Positions 8,840 to 18,641 of a DNA stretch of 57,571 nt are shown here, one piece after another; within the stretch, counting starts at the first letter, position 1, and each line of letters opens with the position of its first letter. The notes under the pieces are model-generated. The model ran no database searches, was not told the DNA's origin, and saw nothing but the letters and a program-made list of their open reading frames with translations. The stretch comes from Pseudomonadota bacterium (lineage in GTDB: Bacteria > Pseudomonadota > Alphaproteobacteria > Puniceispirillales > Puniceispirillaceae). The DNA lies in NCBI GenBank assembly GCA_036143955.1, contig JAYYLR010000055.1, positions 1 through 57,571 of the forward strand. The letters are read 5' to 3'. The position numbers were made by a program, and so were the translations under genes.

Positions 8840-9384
8840 ACCAACGCACTGAGAAGCGTCATCACAATGCGTGCGTCACCGTGATGGCGGGCAATTGCGG
8901 CGATGATTGCGAAGCGGAGACCGCGCCCGACAAGTGACGTCGCCAGAAAGGGAAACAGGGCGAATCCCGCGATGCCGGCACTCAGCGCGATCACCTTGTA
9001 GGGAAGTGGTGTGAAGGCGCCGATAAAGACAAGCAAAATCCCGAAGGTTACGAACCCGTCCTGTACCGCAGCAAACTTTTCCGGCGCCGCGACTGCCGCG
9101 GGAAGGACAGCGAGGACCTGTTCGATACCGACACCAACGACCGCGCCAAGAGCCCAACCCAGACCGCCCCCGACAACCGATGCGATGGTGCATCCTGCCG
9201 TCAGTCGGATCCAGGATGACGGGCGTGCCAGTACCGTGGCAACCAGTAGCGGATCGACAGGTATCGGAATGATGATCGATTCAAGAACCGCAAAGAGCCA
9301 CATCAGACGCTCCGCGAGCATCGTACCGGCGATGCGCAGGACACGGTCATACTGGTCTTTGCAGTAGCGCCAGAGCGATGTCAT
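8803..9384 (-). CDS. YqaA/DedA-family membrane protein
   Basis: ESIIIPIPVDPLL, FTPLPYKV, GRGLRF. Confidence 0.85.
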   Translation of the reverse strand: MTSLWRYCKDQYDRVLRIAGTMLAERLMWLFAVLESIIIPIPVDPLLVATVLARPSSWIRLTAGCTIASVVGGGLGWALGAVVGVGIEQVLAVLPAAVAAPEKFAAVQDGFVTFGILLVFIGAFTPLPYKVIALSAGIAGFALFPFLATSLVGRGLRFAIIAAIARHHGDARIVMTLLSALVCLVGGAFWLIN

Positions 9385-9413
9385 CGGATGCCTCGGATGA
9401 AGGACGGCGATAG

Positions 9414-9500
9414 TGGTACGAGTGGGGGGACTCGAACCCCCAAGCCCTTGCGGGCGGTGGATTTTGAATCCACTGCGTCTACCAATTCCGCCACACTCGC
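9414..9500 (-). tRNA. tRNA-Leu(CAA)
   Basis: GCGAGTG acceptor, anticodon arm GTGGA-TTCAAAA-TCCAC, long variable arm, GTTCGAGTC T-loop, encoded CCA; 87 nt. Confidence 0.97.
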
Positions 9501-9512
9501 ATCCTTGGTCTG

Positions 9513-9541
9513 GTACTAGCCGACCCCCCCGTCAGTGGCAA
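9513..9541 (-). promoter_or_regulatory. Putative promoter of tRNA-Leu, inside the chaC 3' end
   Basis: TTGCCA-N17-TAGTAC, ending 12 nt before the tRNA. Confidence 0.5.
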
Positions 9542-10214
9542 GTCTGAGCTTTACCTGCTTCGCCAGATTTTCAAGGTGGGGATCCTTGATGCCGTTCGCC
9601 CGCAGCGCATCGACCGTGTCGAACAGATAGTCACGGCACGGCCCGATGAAACCGGTCGCCGCCGCGATGGCGGCCGCTTCCTCGGCAATCGACATCGGCT
9701 TGGCGTAATTATGCCGCTCGGGTCGGGCGATGAAACCGATCGCCCTTTTCTGTCCCGCCTCGGTATGCAAAGTCAGCCACTGCGCCCTGTAGGCCATTGT
9801 GATCATCTCGCGCCGCCACAGAAGGTCGAGTTCCTCGACCGCTTTGTCCGGATTGAGACGGAAGGCAATGCCGGTACAGCTGCCGCCGCGGTCCAGCGCA
9901 AGCACAAGGCCGGGACAGTCCGGAGATCCGCGACCAAGGCGGGTCCACAGACAGAAACGCCGATGGTGACCGAAAATCCGTGCCTGACGTCGCTCCACAT
10001 AATCGACGACTGGGTTGAAGATCAGGCTGCCGTAACCGAAAATCCAGATGTCTTCGCAGTCGGCATCGTCGGGGACGAGGTTGCGCCGCGAGACCAGAAG
10101 TTCATCATCGCTGGCAATCTGCACGTCACCGTCGTTTCGTTCGACGGCCATCTTTCTGATGATGCCGGAGCTGAGACTTTCACGCGTAACCTTCAGGATC
10201 GGTTCGTCAGCCAT
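9516..10214 (-). CDS. chaC: ChaC-family gamma-glutamylcyclotransferase
   Basis: WIFGYGSLIF, RGSPDCPGLVLALDRGG, LWRREM. Confidence 0.88.
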   Translation of the reverse strand: MADEPILKVTRESLSSGIIRKMAVERNDGDVQIASDDELLVSRRNLVPDDADCEDIWIFGYGSLIFNPVVDYVERRQARIFGHHRRFCLWTRLGRGSPDCPGLVLALDRGGSCTGIAFRLNPDKAVEELDLLWRREMITMAYRAQWLTLHTEAGQKRAIGFIARPERHNYAKPMSIAEEAAAIAAATGFIGPCRDYLFDTVDALRANGIKDPHLENLAKQVKLRLATDGGVG

Positions 10215-11095
10215 CAGCCGCCATCGCCATCCGACAGTTCGGGACCGGCGCCAACATGGCGGACCACCCGCTGCGGGAAGGGGATGTCGATGCCACGTGC
10301 ATCAAGGACACCTTTCAGCCTGCGGTTGAGGTCCCAGTAAAGATCGAAAAAATCGTCATATTCCGCGTAGGCGCGAAGGCGAACATTTATGGCGCTGTCG
10401 CCATATCCGACAACAAGAAAGCGTGGTGCCGGATCGGCAAGAACGCGCTGGTCCTCGGCAAGTCCCATCATTGCGTCTTCCACGACATCCAGATTGCTCT
10501 CGTAGCTCACACCGATATCCAGATCGAGTCGGCGTGTGCCGTAGCGCGCATGGTTGATGATGTTCGAGGTCCAGATCGCCGAATTGGGGATGCTGACATA
10601 GACATTGTCGAAGGTGTCGATGATCGTCGTGAACAGACCGATCTCGCTCACCGACCCCGAGACGCCGGCGGCTTCCACCCAGTCGCCGACCTTGAAGGGC
10701 CTCAGGAAGAGAAGCATAAGACCGGCGGCGACATTGGAAAGCGTGCCCTGAAGCGCCAGGCCTATGGCCAGGCCGGCCGCGCCAAGTACCGCAATGATCG
10801 AGGTGGTCTCGACACCAAAATTGCCGAGTGTCACGACAATGGTCAGTGTCAGGATGGCGTAGCGGACAAGTGCCGCCAGGATGGGCGCCAAAGTCCTGTC
10901 GATTCGGCTGGATCGGGTCAACCAGTCGCGAAGTACCGCACTGGCCCGGCGGGACGCCCAGACGCCAATGAAAATGGTGAGAAGCGCGGCCAGAAAATTC
11001 AGGCCGTATTCAGTTGCCAGAGTAAGCGTCTGTTCGGTCAGCAGCGCGGAAAGACCGATCTCGTCCGAGATGCTGCTGATGGATATGTCGTTCAT
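10214..11095 (-). CDS. mscS: Small-conductance mechanosensitive channel
   Basis: LGAAGLAIGLALQGTLSN, RPFKVGD, IPNS, IPFPQR. Confidence 0.93.
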   Translation of the reverse strand: MNDISISSISDEIGLSALLTEQTLTLATEYGLNFLAALLTIFIGVWASRRASAVLRDWLTRSSRIDRTLAPILAALVRYAILTLTIVVTLGNFGVETTSIIAVLGAAGLAIGLALQGTLSNVAAGLMLLFLRPFKVGDWVEAAGVSGSVSEIGLFTTIIDTFDNVYVSIPNSAIWTSNIINHARYGTRRLDLDIGVSYESNLDVVEDAMMGLAEDQRVLADPAPRFLVVGYGDSAINVRLRAYAEYDDFFDLYWDLNRRLKGVLDARGIDIPFPQRVVRHVGAGPELSDGDGG

Positions 11096-11186
11096 GCCGC
11101 GACCTTGTGCTGTCGGGGGGTGACCGGCGGTAGACGCCACCGGCCCAGCCATCCGCGCACCGCCCGGACTGCCGATAAGTCGTAAC

Positions 11187-11215
11187 AGTATAGACATGGC
11201 CCATGCCGTCGCCAA
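11187..11215 (-). promoter_or_regulatory. Putative sigma70 promoter of mscS-chaC
   Basis: TTGGCG-N17-TATACT. Confidence 0.55.
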
Positions 11216-11317
11216 CCTCTGCGGGCCCGCGCGCGGCAATTCGCGTTCATATCACCATCAAAATAACCTCTTTGAGGCGTTGAAATGCAGCATCTTTCGG
11301 CGATATAGTGCCGCGCC

Positions 11318-12301
11318 ATGACGTCAAGGAATCTCGAAAGCTGCGAAACGATCGACTGGTCGGTCGGTGACGCGCCATTGGATGGACCCGGCACTGCCGC
11401 GGCAATCGGCAATTTCGATGGGGTTCACCGTGGCCATGTACAGGTCATCATGGCGGCGGTCGAGGCCGCGAAAACATCTGGCCTCTTATCTGCCGTGGTT
11501 ACCTTCGATCCGCATCCGCGCGAATTCTTTCGCCAGGATGACGCGCCGTTTCATCTTGCCGACCGACCGGAAAAAGACCGTCTCATCGCCGCGCTGGGAG
11601 TCGACCGGATTATTCATGTGAGGTTCGATGATGCGCTTCGTCGAACCGATGCCGCGACATTCGTGACGTCGGTTCTGCCGTCGCTCGGCATAAAATCATT
11701 GTTTGCAGGGTCGGACTTCGCCTTCGGTCGCGGGCGTGGTGGCGATATCGACACCATAAACAGCATCGGAGCGAACATCGGGATCAGCGCCAACGCCGTC
11801 TCGCTGCTGACCGACCCGAACAGCTCGGTGGTGTCCTCAAGCCGGATCCGCGCCGCGCTTCAGGACGGCGAACCGGAGCGGGCCACGGAAATGCTGGGGC
11901 ATGACTGGGCGGTGACAGGAACCGTTCAGCGTGGCGACCAGCGGGGCCGTACCATCGGGTTCCCGACGGCCAACATTCCGCTTGGCAATCTTCTGCATCC
12001 GGCTTTTGGCGTTTACGCGGTACAGATTTTCGAGGCGGAGCCGGGGCAGCCACGGCGCCTTATAGGCAACGGTGTCGCCAATATCGGCGTACGGCCAACC
12101 GTCGACGATCGTGGAGTTCTGTGCGAGGCGCATGTTTTTGACCAGCAGCCGGATCTCTATGGAAAGCGTGTTGCCGTGTGCCTCAAGGCGTTTCTGCGGG
12201 CCGAGCGCAAATTCACTGGTATAGACGAGTTGACGGCGCAAATTGCAAAGGACGCGCGCGAGGCGCGTGCAATTCTTCCACCCATTCGGCAGACTGCCTG
12301 A
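11318..12301 (+). CDS. ribF: Bifunctional riboflavin kinase/FAD synthetase
   Basis: GNFDGVHRGH, TFDPHP, SSSRIR, RGRTIGFPTAN, EAH. Confidence 0.95.
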   Translation: MTSRNLESCETIDWSVGDAPLDGPGTAAAIGNFDGVHRGHVQVIMAAVEAAKTSGLLSAVVTFDPHPREFFRQDDAPFHLADRPEKDRLIAALGVDRIIHVRFDDALRRTDAATFVTSVLPSLGIKSLFAGSDFAFGRGRGGDIDTINSIGANIGISANAVSLLTDPNSSVVSSSRIRAALQDGEPERATEMLGHDWAVTGTVQRGDQRGRTIGFPTANIPLGNLLHPAFGVYAVQIFEAEPGQPRRLIGNGVANIGVRPTVDDRGVLCEAHVFDQQPDLYGKRVAVCLKAFLRAERKFTGIDELTAQIAKDAREARAILPPIRQTA

Positions 12302-12357
12302 CCTAGGAAGCCGGCGTCGGCCGGCCGGGCGCTCGAGATAAAGCGAGAGATCTTGCG

Positions 12358-15153
12358 ATGAGTTACAAAGAAACGGTGTTCCTTCCGCGAACCGATTTCC
12401 CGATGCGTGGCGGGCTGCCCAAGAAGGAGCCCGAGATCCTTGCGCGTTGGAAGGAGATGGACATCTACCGCCGTCTTCGCGAGGCGCGCGCGGATGCCGA
12501 ACTGTTTGTCCTTCATGACGGACCGCCCTACGCAAATGGCCAGCTTCATATCGGACATGCGCTGAACAAGATTCTCAAGGATGTTGTCAACCGTTCGCAG
12601 TCGATGCTGGGCAAGAACGCCAACTACGTGCCCGGCTGGGACTGCCACGGACTTCCGATCGAATGGAAGATCGAGGAACAGTACCGCAAGAAGGGCAAGG
12701 ACAAGGACGAGGTGCCGGTCAGTGAATTCCGTCAGGAATGCCGGGATTTCGCGGCGCACTGGCTCGACGTGCAGTCTGAAGAATTCCAGCGTCTTGGTGT
12801 TCTTGGCGACTGGCATGACCCCTACACCACAATGGCTTTTGAGGCCGAGGCGACGATTGCCGGCGAGCTTGGCCGCCTGCTCATGGACGGAAGCCTTTAT
12901 CGTGGCGCAAAGCCTGTGATGTGGTCGCCTGTCGAAAAGACCGCGCTTGCCGAGGCCGAGATCGAATATCAGGACCATACCTCGGTCACGATCTATGCCC
13001 GCTTCCCTGTGAAGACGCCAAGCCATCCTGCCCTTGAGGGCGCGAATATCGTCATCTGGACCACCACGCCATGGACGATGCCAGGCAACCGGGCCATGGC
13101 CTGTGGCGCGGACATCGATTACTCGGTGCTCCGGATCACCGCGCTTGAAGAGGGTTCTCTGGCGCGTGAGGGCGATGTGATCTGCCTTGCCACCGAGCTC
13201 ATGGGCGAGGTCACTGGCGCCATCGGTATCGCCGGCACCGAAACGCTGGCGACATTGAAGGGCACCGACATCCAGGGAACGGTCTCGAAGCACCCGATGA
13301 ATGGCCATGGTTATGAGCATGACGTGCCGATGCTTCTCGCCGACTATGTGACCACCGATCAGGGGACAGGCTTTGTCCACATCGCGCCGGGACATGGTGT
13401 CGAGGACTATGAACTTGCACATCTCGAACATGGCATTCCATTGCCGGACACGGTTGCCGAGGACGGCAAGCTTATGGAGCATCTGCCGGTCTTCGCCGGG
13501 CTGCACGTTCTGCGCGACAACCAGCGGATCGCCGAGATCATGGCCGAGCATGGCGGGGTCATCGGGATCGGCAAGCTTGTGCATTCCTATCCGCATTCAT
13601 GGCGCTCGAAGGCACCGCTGGTCTATCGCAACACGGCACAGTGGTTCGTTTCGATGGAGTCGCACGGCCTTCGTGATACCGCCGTGGCGGAGCTCGGACG
13701 GACAGCCTTCTACCCGCCGGCAGGTCAGCGCCGCCTGACCTCGATGATCGAGCAGCGACCCGACTGGTGCCTGTCGCGCCAGCGTGCCTGGGGTGTGCCG
13801 ATCACCGTCTTTGTCAACAAGGCGACCGGTGAGCCGCTTCGTGACCAGGCCGTGATCGACCGCGTCGTGGCGGCGATGAGCGAAGAGGGCGCCGATTGCT
13901 GGTTTGCGTCGGACGCCAGCCGGTTCCTCGGTCCCGACTACAATCCCGAGGAGTATGAGAAGGTCACCGACATCCTTGATGTATGGTTTGATTCCGGCTC
14001 CACCCATTCCTTCGTGCTGGAGGAACGGGGAGATCTCGAAAGCCCGGCCGATCTCTATCTCGAGGGTTCCGACCAGCATCGCGGCTGGTTCCATTCCTCG
14101 CTTCTGCAGTCCTGCGCCACGCGCGGCAAGGCGCCCTACAAGGGTGTCCTGACGCACGGTTTCGTGCTCGACGAGCAGGGACGCAAGATGTCGAAGTCGC
14201 TGGGCAATGTCGTCACGCCGCAGAAGGTCATGGACCAGAACGGCGCCGACATCCTCCGCCTGTGGGTGGTCAGTTCCGACTATTACAATGACCTTCGCAT
14301 CGGGCCGGAGATCATCAAGCGCACGACGGACAGCTATCGCCGTTTCCGCAATACGCTTCGCTACCTTCTCGGCGCGCTTGACGGCTACACCGACAGCGAA
14401 GCCGTGCCGCATGACCAGATGCCGGCGCTGGAGCGCTGGGTCCTGCATCGCCTTGCACAGATCGACGAGCGGATCCGTTCCCTCACCGAGACCTATGATT
14501 TCCACGGCATCTTTACCGAGCTTCATACCCTGTGTAACAGCGACCTGTCGGCCTTCTATTTCGAGATCCGCAAGGACCGTCTCTATTGTGACGCGCTCGA
14601 CTCTGTCGAACGCCGTGCTTGCCGCACCGTCATGAACGAGGTCTTGAACCGTCTCACGGCGTGGCTTGCCCCGATCCTCTGCTTCACAGCCGAGGAAGCC
14701 TGGCAGTCGCGTGCCGGAGACAGCGCGGACTCGATCCATCTCCACAGCTATGCACCGGTGCCTTCGGAATGGCATGACGACGCCCTCGGTGCCCGCTGGG
14801 ACTCAATTCGCCGTGTCAGGCAGGTTGTGACCAGCGCGCTCGAGACCGCAAGGAACGACGGGGCGATCGGGGCATCGCTTCAGGCGGCGCCGACCGTCCA
14901 TGTCAGCCCGGAAATCGCCGCGCATTTCGATGGCGAGGATGCGGCAATGCTGTTCATCACGTCCGACGCCCAAATCAGTGTGGAGCCGGCGCCGGAAGAT
15001 GCGTTCAGGATCGAAGGTGTCGAGGACGCAGTCGTCGTCTTTGCGCTGGCCGCCGGTGGCAAGTGCGAGCGCTGCTGGAAGATAATGCCGGAGGTCACGG
15101 GCGACACGGATATCTGCCGGCGTTGCTTCGAAGTCGTGAATGCGACCGCCTGA
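12358..15153 (+). CDS. ileS: Isoleucine--tRNA ligase
   Basis: HDGPPYANG-HIGH, WTTTPWT, KMSKS, C-terminal CERCW..C..C zinc finger. Confidence 0.98.
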   Translation: MSYKETVFLPRTDFPMRGGLPKKEPEILARWKEMDIYRRLREARADAELFVLHDGPPYANGQLHIGHALNKILKDVVNRSQSMLGKNANYVPGWDCHGLPIEWKIEEQYRKKGKDKDEVPVSEFRQECRDFAAHWLDVQSEEFQRLGVLGDWHDPYTTMAFEAEATIAGELGRLLMDGSLYRGAKPVMWSPVEKTALAEAEIEYQDHTSVTIYARFPVKTPSHPALEGANIVIWTTTPWTMPGNRAMACGADIDYSVLRITALEEGSLAREGDVICLATELMGEVTGAIGIAGTETLATLKGTDIQGTVSKHPMNGHGYEHDVPMLLADYVTTDQGTGFVHIAPGHGVEDYELAHLEHGIPLPDTVAEDGKLMEHLPVFAGLHVLRDNQRIAEIMAEHGGVIGIGKLVHSYPHSWRSKAPLVYRNTAQWFVSMESHGLRDTAVAELGRTAFYPPAGQRRLTSMIEQRPDWCLSRQRAWGVPITVFVNKATGEPLRDQAVIDRVVAAMSEEGADCWFASDASRFLGPDYNPEEYEKVTDILDVWFDSGSTHSFVLEERGDLESPADLYLEGSDQHRGWFHSSLLQSCATRGKAPYKGVLTHGFVLDEQGRKMSKSLGNVVTPQKVMDQNGADILRLWVVSSDYYNDLRIGPEIIKRTTDSYRRFRNTLRYLLGALDGYTDSEAVPHDQMPALERWVLHRLAQIDERIRSLTETYDFHGIFTELHTLCNSDLSAFYFEIRKDRLYCDALDSVERRACRTVMNEVLNRLTAWLAPILCFTAEEAWQSRAGDSADSIHLHSYAPVPSEWHDDALGARWDSIRRVRQVVTSALETARNDGAIGASLQAAPTVHVSPEIAAHFDGEDAAMLFITSDAQISVEPAPEDAFRIEGVEDAVVVFALAAGGKCERCWKIMPEVTGDTDICRRCFEVVNATA

Positions 15154-15640
15154 GGGGGAACAGCCGACATCCGCACGCCGACCCGTGGTGCTGGTCGCGA
15201 TGGGAATTCTTGTCGCTGATCTTGTGACAAAACAGATCATGCTTGCTCTGGTGTTCGATCCGCCGCGGCGGATTGAGGTGACTCCGTTCCTTAACTTCGT
15301 CCCGGTGTGGAACCCCGGTGTCAGTTTCGGCATTCTCGCTGACGCTGGCGGTGCCATGCCATTGCTGCTGACGGCACTGGCAATCGGTGTGGCCGGGTGG
15401 CTCTTCTGGAAAACACCCCATTTCAGGCGGTTCGAGCGTCTTGGTGCGGGACTCATCGCCGGCGGCGCAATCGGGAACGCGATAGACCGGATACGCTTCG
15501 GCAAGGTGGTTGATTTTATCGACGTTTACGTACAAACATGGCACTGGCCGGCGTTCAATATCGCCGACGCCGCAATCACTCTCGGGGCAGGCTGCTGGAT
15601 CGCAAGTCTTCTCCTCGAGCGAGAGAACGGACCGACATGA
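15140..15640 (+). CDS. lspA: Lipoprotein signal peptidase
   Basis: NPGVSFG, GAIGNAIDR, VVDFI, WPAFNIAD. Confidence 0.96.
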   Translation: MRPPEGEQPTSARRPVVLVAMGILVADLVTKQIMLALVFDPPRRIEVTPFLNFVPVWNPGVSFGILADAGGAMPLLLTALAIGVAGWLFWKTPHFRRFERLGAGLIAGGAIGNAIDRIRFGKVVDFIDVYVQTWHWPAFNIADAAITLGAGCWIASLLLERENGPT

Positions 15641-16242
15641 CAGAACTGAACAAGCAGGCGTGGATAGCGCTAACAACCGAGCCAAAGACAACCGCCCGCC
15701 CGCGGATTGGCCGATTGGCGGCAACCTGCCTTCTCGTCGCCGGCATTGGGCTGGCGGTCAGCGGCTGTTCAGGCTTCAGAAAGGCCATCGGCGAAGAAAA
15801 ATCATCGCCTGACGAATTCGAGGTGGTTGTTCGCCCGCCGCTGTCCCTGCCGCCGAATTTCTTCGCAAGTTCAAGCCAGCTGACCGAGGCCGTGCCGGGC
15901 GCAGGCGAAGACAGCCCGACCGATGCCACGTCCGTGGCCGCGGCTGAACTGGGCTCCGTCGACGGGAAGGCCGGCGAAGGCTATGAGGCGATCTTCAATT
16001 TTGCGGCGGTGCCGGACAATATCCGCGAGATCGTCGATGAGGAAACCTACGGCATCCGTTTCGAGAAGCGCATTCCTTTGCAGAGGCTATTCGGCGGCCT
16101 GCCTGAGATTGGGCCGGTGCTCGACAAATTCGAGGAAGATCAGCGCATCCGCCGAAACATGCGCGAGGGTCAATTCCTCACGGAAGGTGGAACGCCGGCA
16201 ACGGTGCCTCAGTTTGACGAGTCGGTGATCGTCGGAAACTGA
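15637..16242 (+). CDS. DUF3035-like lipoprotein
   Basis: Lipobox AVSGC followed by PDEFEVV.RPPLSLPP; position after lspA. Confidence 0.75.
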   Translation: MTELNKQAWIALTTEPKTTARPRIGRLAATCLLVAGIGLAVSGCSGFRKAIGEEKSSPDEFEVVVRPPLSLPPNFFASSSQLTEAVPGAGEDSPTDATSVAAAELGSVDGKAGEGYEAIFNFAAVPDNIREIVDEETYGIRFEKRIPLQRLFGGLPEIGPVLDKFEEDQRIRRNMREGQFLTEGGTPATVPQFDESVIVGN

Positions 16243-16246
16243 TCCC

Positions 16247-18064
16247 ATGTCGATGATCCGGATGCTTCCCGACACGCTGGTCGACCAGATCGCGGCGGGG
16301 GAAGTCGTCGAACGCCCGGCAAGCGCGCTGAAGGAGCTTGTCGAAAACGCCCTTGATGCCGACGCCGGCCGCATCGCGGTTACGCTGGTCCGTGGCGGCA
16401 TTGACGAGATCGTCGTTGTCGATGACGGCCACGGCATGTCGAAGGACGATCTGGCGCTTGCGATACGGCGCCACGCAACATCGAAACTCCCCGACAGCCG
16501 GCTGGACGATATCAGGTTTCTCGGGTTCCGCGGCGAGGCTCTTCCCTCCATCGGTGCCGTTTCCAATCTTGCGATCACCTCGATCACTGAAGGCGACCGT
16601 CATGCCTGGCAGATACGGGTGGATGCTGGCAGCGTGTCCGCGCCGCAACCCGCGGCGCTCGACCGTGGGACGCGGGTCGAAATCCGTCAGCTGTTCAAGG
16701 CCGTCCCGGCCCGCCTGAAATTCCTGAAGACCGAACGCACCGAGCAGGGCCGGTGCCTGGACATCATGAAACGGCTTGCCATGGCCTCACCAGATGTTGG
16801 CTTCTCGCTCGTCGCCGACGGGCGAACCCTCCTCGACCTGGCGCCGCATACGAATGACGATCAGGGCGCCGGCCGGCGGCTGACCGATGTGATCGGACGG
16901 ACATTCGGGGGTGAGTCGCTGGATATGGACGCACGCCGCGACGACATCACGCTTCAGGGTCGCATCGGCCTGCCGACAATGAATCGTCCGACTGCGGCGG
17001 GAATCTTTCTGTTCGTGAATGGCAGGCCGGTTCAGGACCGCTCTCTCCTTGGCGCGGTAAGGGCAGGGTACGGCGATACGCTGCCACGCGGCCGCTATCC
17101 GCTGGCGGCATTGTTCCTGACCCTGCCGGCATCGTCGCTCGACGTGAACGTCCATCCGGCGAAATCCGAAGTACGGTTCCGCGACGCGGCCGGTGTGCGC
17201 TCGCTTCTCGTCGGCGCCATATCGGCGCGGCTTCAGGACCAGGGTGTTCAAACGACGTCTGAAGGCGCTGCGAATGCCGCGCGGCTGTTTACCGGCGCGG
17301 GTGGCGCTCGCGGGTTCTCGGCGCCGCCCGCCGCAGGATATGCCCCGCCGATGAAAGACTGGCAGGCACCCCTGTCATCACAGGAAGCCGAAATCGGATC
17401 CGCGCAGACGGCCTTTACCGGCAGCATGCCGCCGGCGGCGCCATCGTCCGCCGTGGACGAGGCCCGGCAGGAAGAACTGGACGACACGCTTCTTGGTGCG
17501 GCGCGGGCACAGCTTCACAAGACCTATATCGTTGCCGAGACCCGTGACGGCATCACCATCATCGACCAGCATGCCGCGCATGAACGTCTCGTGATGGAGC
17601 GGATGAAGGCTGCGATGCAGGCAGACGGTGTGGCTGTCCAGGCACTGCTGATTCCGGAGGTTGTCGATCTGCCGCCGGACCAGTTGCAGGCGGTTCTCGA
17701 AAATCTCGCCCTGCTTTCCGAACTCGGTCTTGAGATTGAGGGGTTCGGCGAGGGGAGCCTGCTGGTTCGCGGCGTTCCGGCGCTTCTCGGCACACCTGAT
17801 CCGGTGTCGCTTGTTCGTGACCTTGCCGAGGAACTGGCTGAGCTTGGCGGAAGCCGTGTTCTCGAGGACAGGATTTCGCACGTCCTTGCCACCGTGGCCT
17901 GTCACGGTTCGGTGCGTGCCGGACGGCGCCTGAATGATGCCGAGATGAACGCTCTTCTTCGCGAGATGGAGGTCACGCCGAATTCGGGGCAGTGCAACCA
18001 TGGGAGGCCGACATGGATAAGGCTGTCGCTTGCCGATGTCGAAAAGCTGTTTGGCAGGCGTTGA
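16247..18064 (+). CDS. mutL: DNA mismatch repair protein MutL
   Basis: QIAAGEVVERP, GFRGEAL, DVNVHPAK, endonuclease DQHAAHER, ACH, CNHGRP. Confidence 0.97.
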   Translation: MSMIRMLPDTLVDQIAAGEVVERPASALKELVENALDADAGRIAVTLVRGGIDEIVVVDDGHGMSKDDLALAIRRHATSKLPDSRLDDIRFLGFRGEALPSIGAVSNLAITSITEGDRHAWQIRVDAGSVSAPQPAALDRGTRVEIRQLFKAVPARLKFLKTERTEQGRCLDIMKRLAMASPDVGFSLVADGRTLLDLAPHTNDDQGAGRRLTDVIGRTFGGESLDMDARRDDITLQGRIGLPTMNRPTAAGIFLFVNGRPVQDRSLLGAVRAGYGDTLPRGRYPLAALFLTLPASSLDVNVHPAKSEVRFRDAAGVRSLLVGAISARLQDQGVQTTSEGAANAARLFTGAGGARGFSAPPAAGYAPPMKDWQAPLSSQEAEIGSAQTAFTGSMPPAAPSSAVDEARQEELDDTLLGAARAQLHKTYIVAETRDGITIIDQHAAHERLVMERMKAAMQADGVAVQALLIPEVVDLPPDQLQAVLENLALLSELGLEIEGFGEGSLLVRGVPALLGTPDPVSLVRDLAEELAELGGSRVLEDRISHVLATVACHGSVRAGRRLNDAEMNALLREMEVTPNSGQCNHGRPTWIRLSLADVEKLFGRR

Positions 18065-18071
18065 CGCGCCT

Positions 18072-18641
18072 TCAGGCGGAAAATTCCAGAAAATGCAGGT
18101 TGGCGCGACCGTACCGGCGGCTCTCAAGAACGTTCATGCCGGACGCCTTGACATCCTCCTCCGGCGGCTGCTCGGCCTTGTCGGTCTCGACGATGACAAG
18201 CGCGCCGGATGCGAGTCCGCCCAGACTGGCGATGCCCTGCGCGGCAACAAAACCGTCGCCGCTTCCATAGGGCGCATCAGCGAACATCAGGGTTGCGGGT
18301 GGCCCCTGCCAGGCGGTGATGCTGGTCGCGTCACCGGCGACGACCTTGCAGTCGCCCGAGCATTTCAGACAGTCGATATTCGCCCGGAGGACCGACAACG
18401 CTTTCATGTCCCGCTCGATGAAACGTGCCGATTTCGCCCCGCGGGACAGGGCTTCAAGTCCCAGAGCGCCGGTCCCGGCGAAAGCATCGATCACGATGGC
18501 GTCGGTCAGGATTTGGCCGAACCTCCCGCCTTCGAGAATGTTGAACAGCGACTCGCGAACACGGTCCGCCGTCGGCCGCGTGTCAGCGCCGACGAGCTGG
18601 GCCAGCTTTGTGCCGCGATGTTGGCCGGCGATGATTCGCAT
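18072..18641 (-). CDS. rsmD: 16S rRNA m2G966 methyltransferase
   Basis: MRIIAG, RPTADRVRESLFNIL, DAFAGTGALGLEALSRGA. Confidence 0.93.
   Translation of the reverse strand: MRIIAGQHRGTKLAQLVGADTRPTADRVRESLFNILEGGRFGQILTDAIVIDAFAGTGALGLEALSRGAKSARFIERDMKALSVLRANIDCLKCSGDCKVVAGDATSITAWQGPPATLMFADAPYGSGDGFVAAQGIASLGGLASGALVIVETDKAEQPPEEDVKASGMNVLESRRYGRANLHFLEFSA

Noticed and set aside
9414-9500. tRNA-Leu as an integration site
   Set aside because: No integrase, no duplicated tRNA 3' end noticed, and housekeeping genes on both sides.
12157-14775. Long antisense ORFs opposite ileS (479 and 392 aa), and similar ones opposite xseA, coxA and thrC
   Set aside because: Shadow ORFs expected from GC-rich codon bias; no protein motifs, and they fully overlap well-supported genes.
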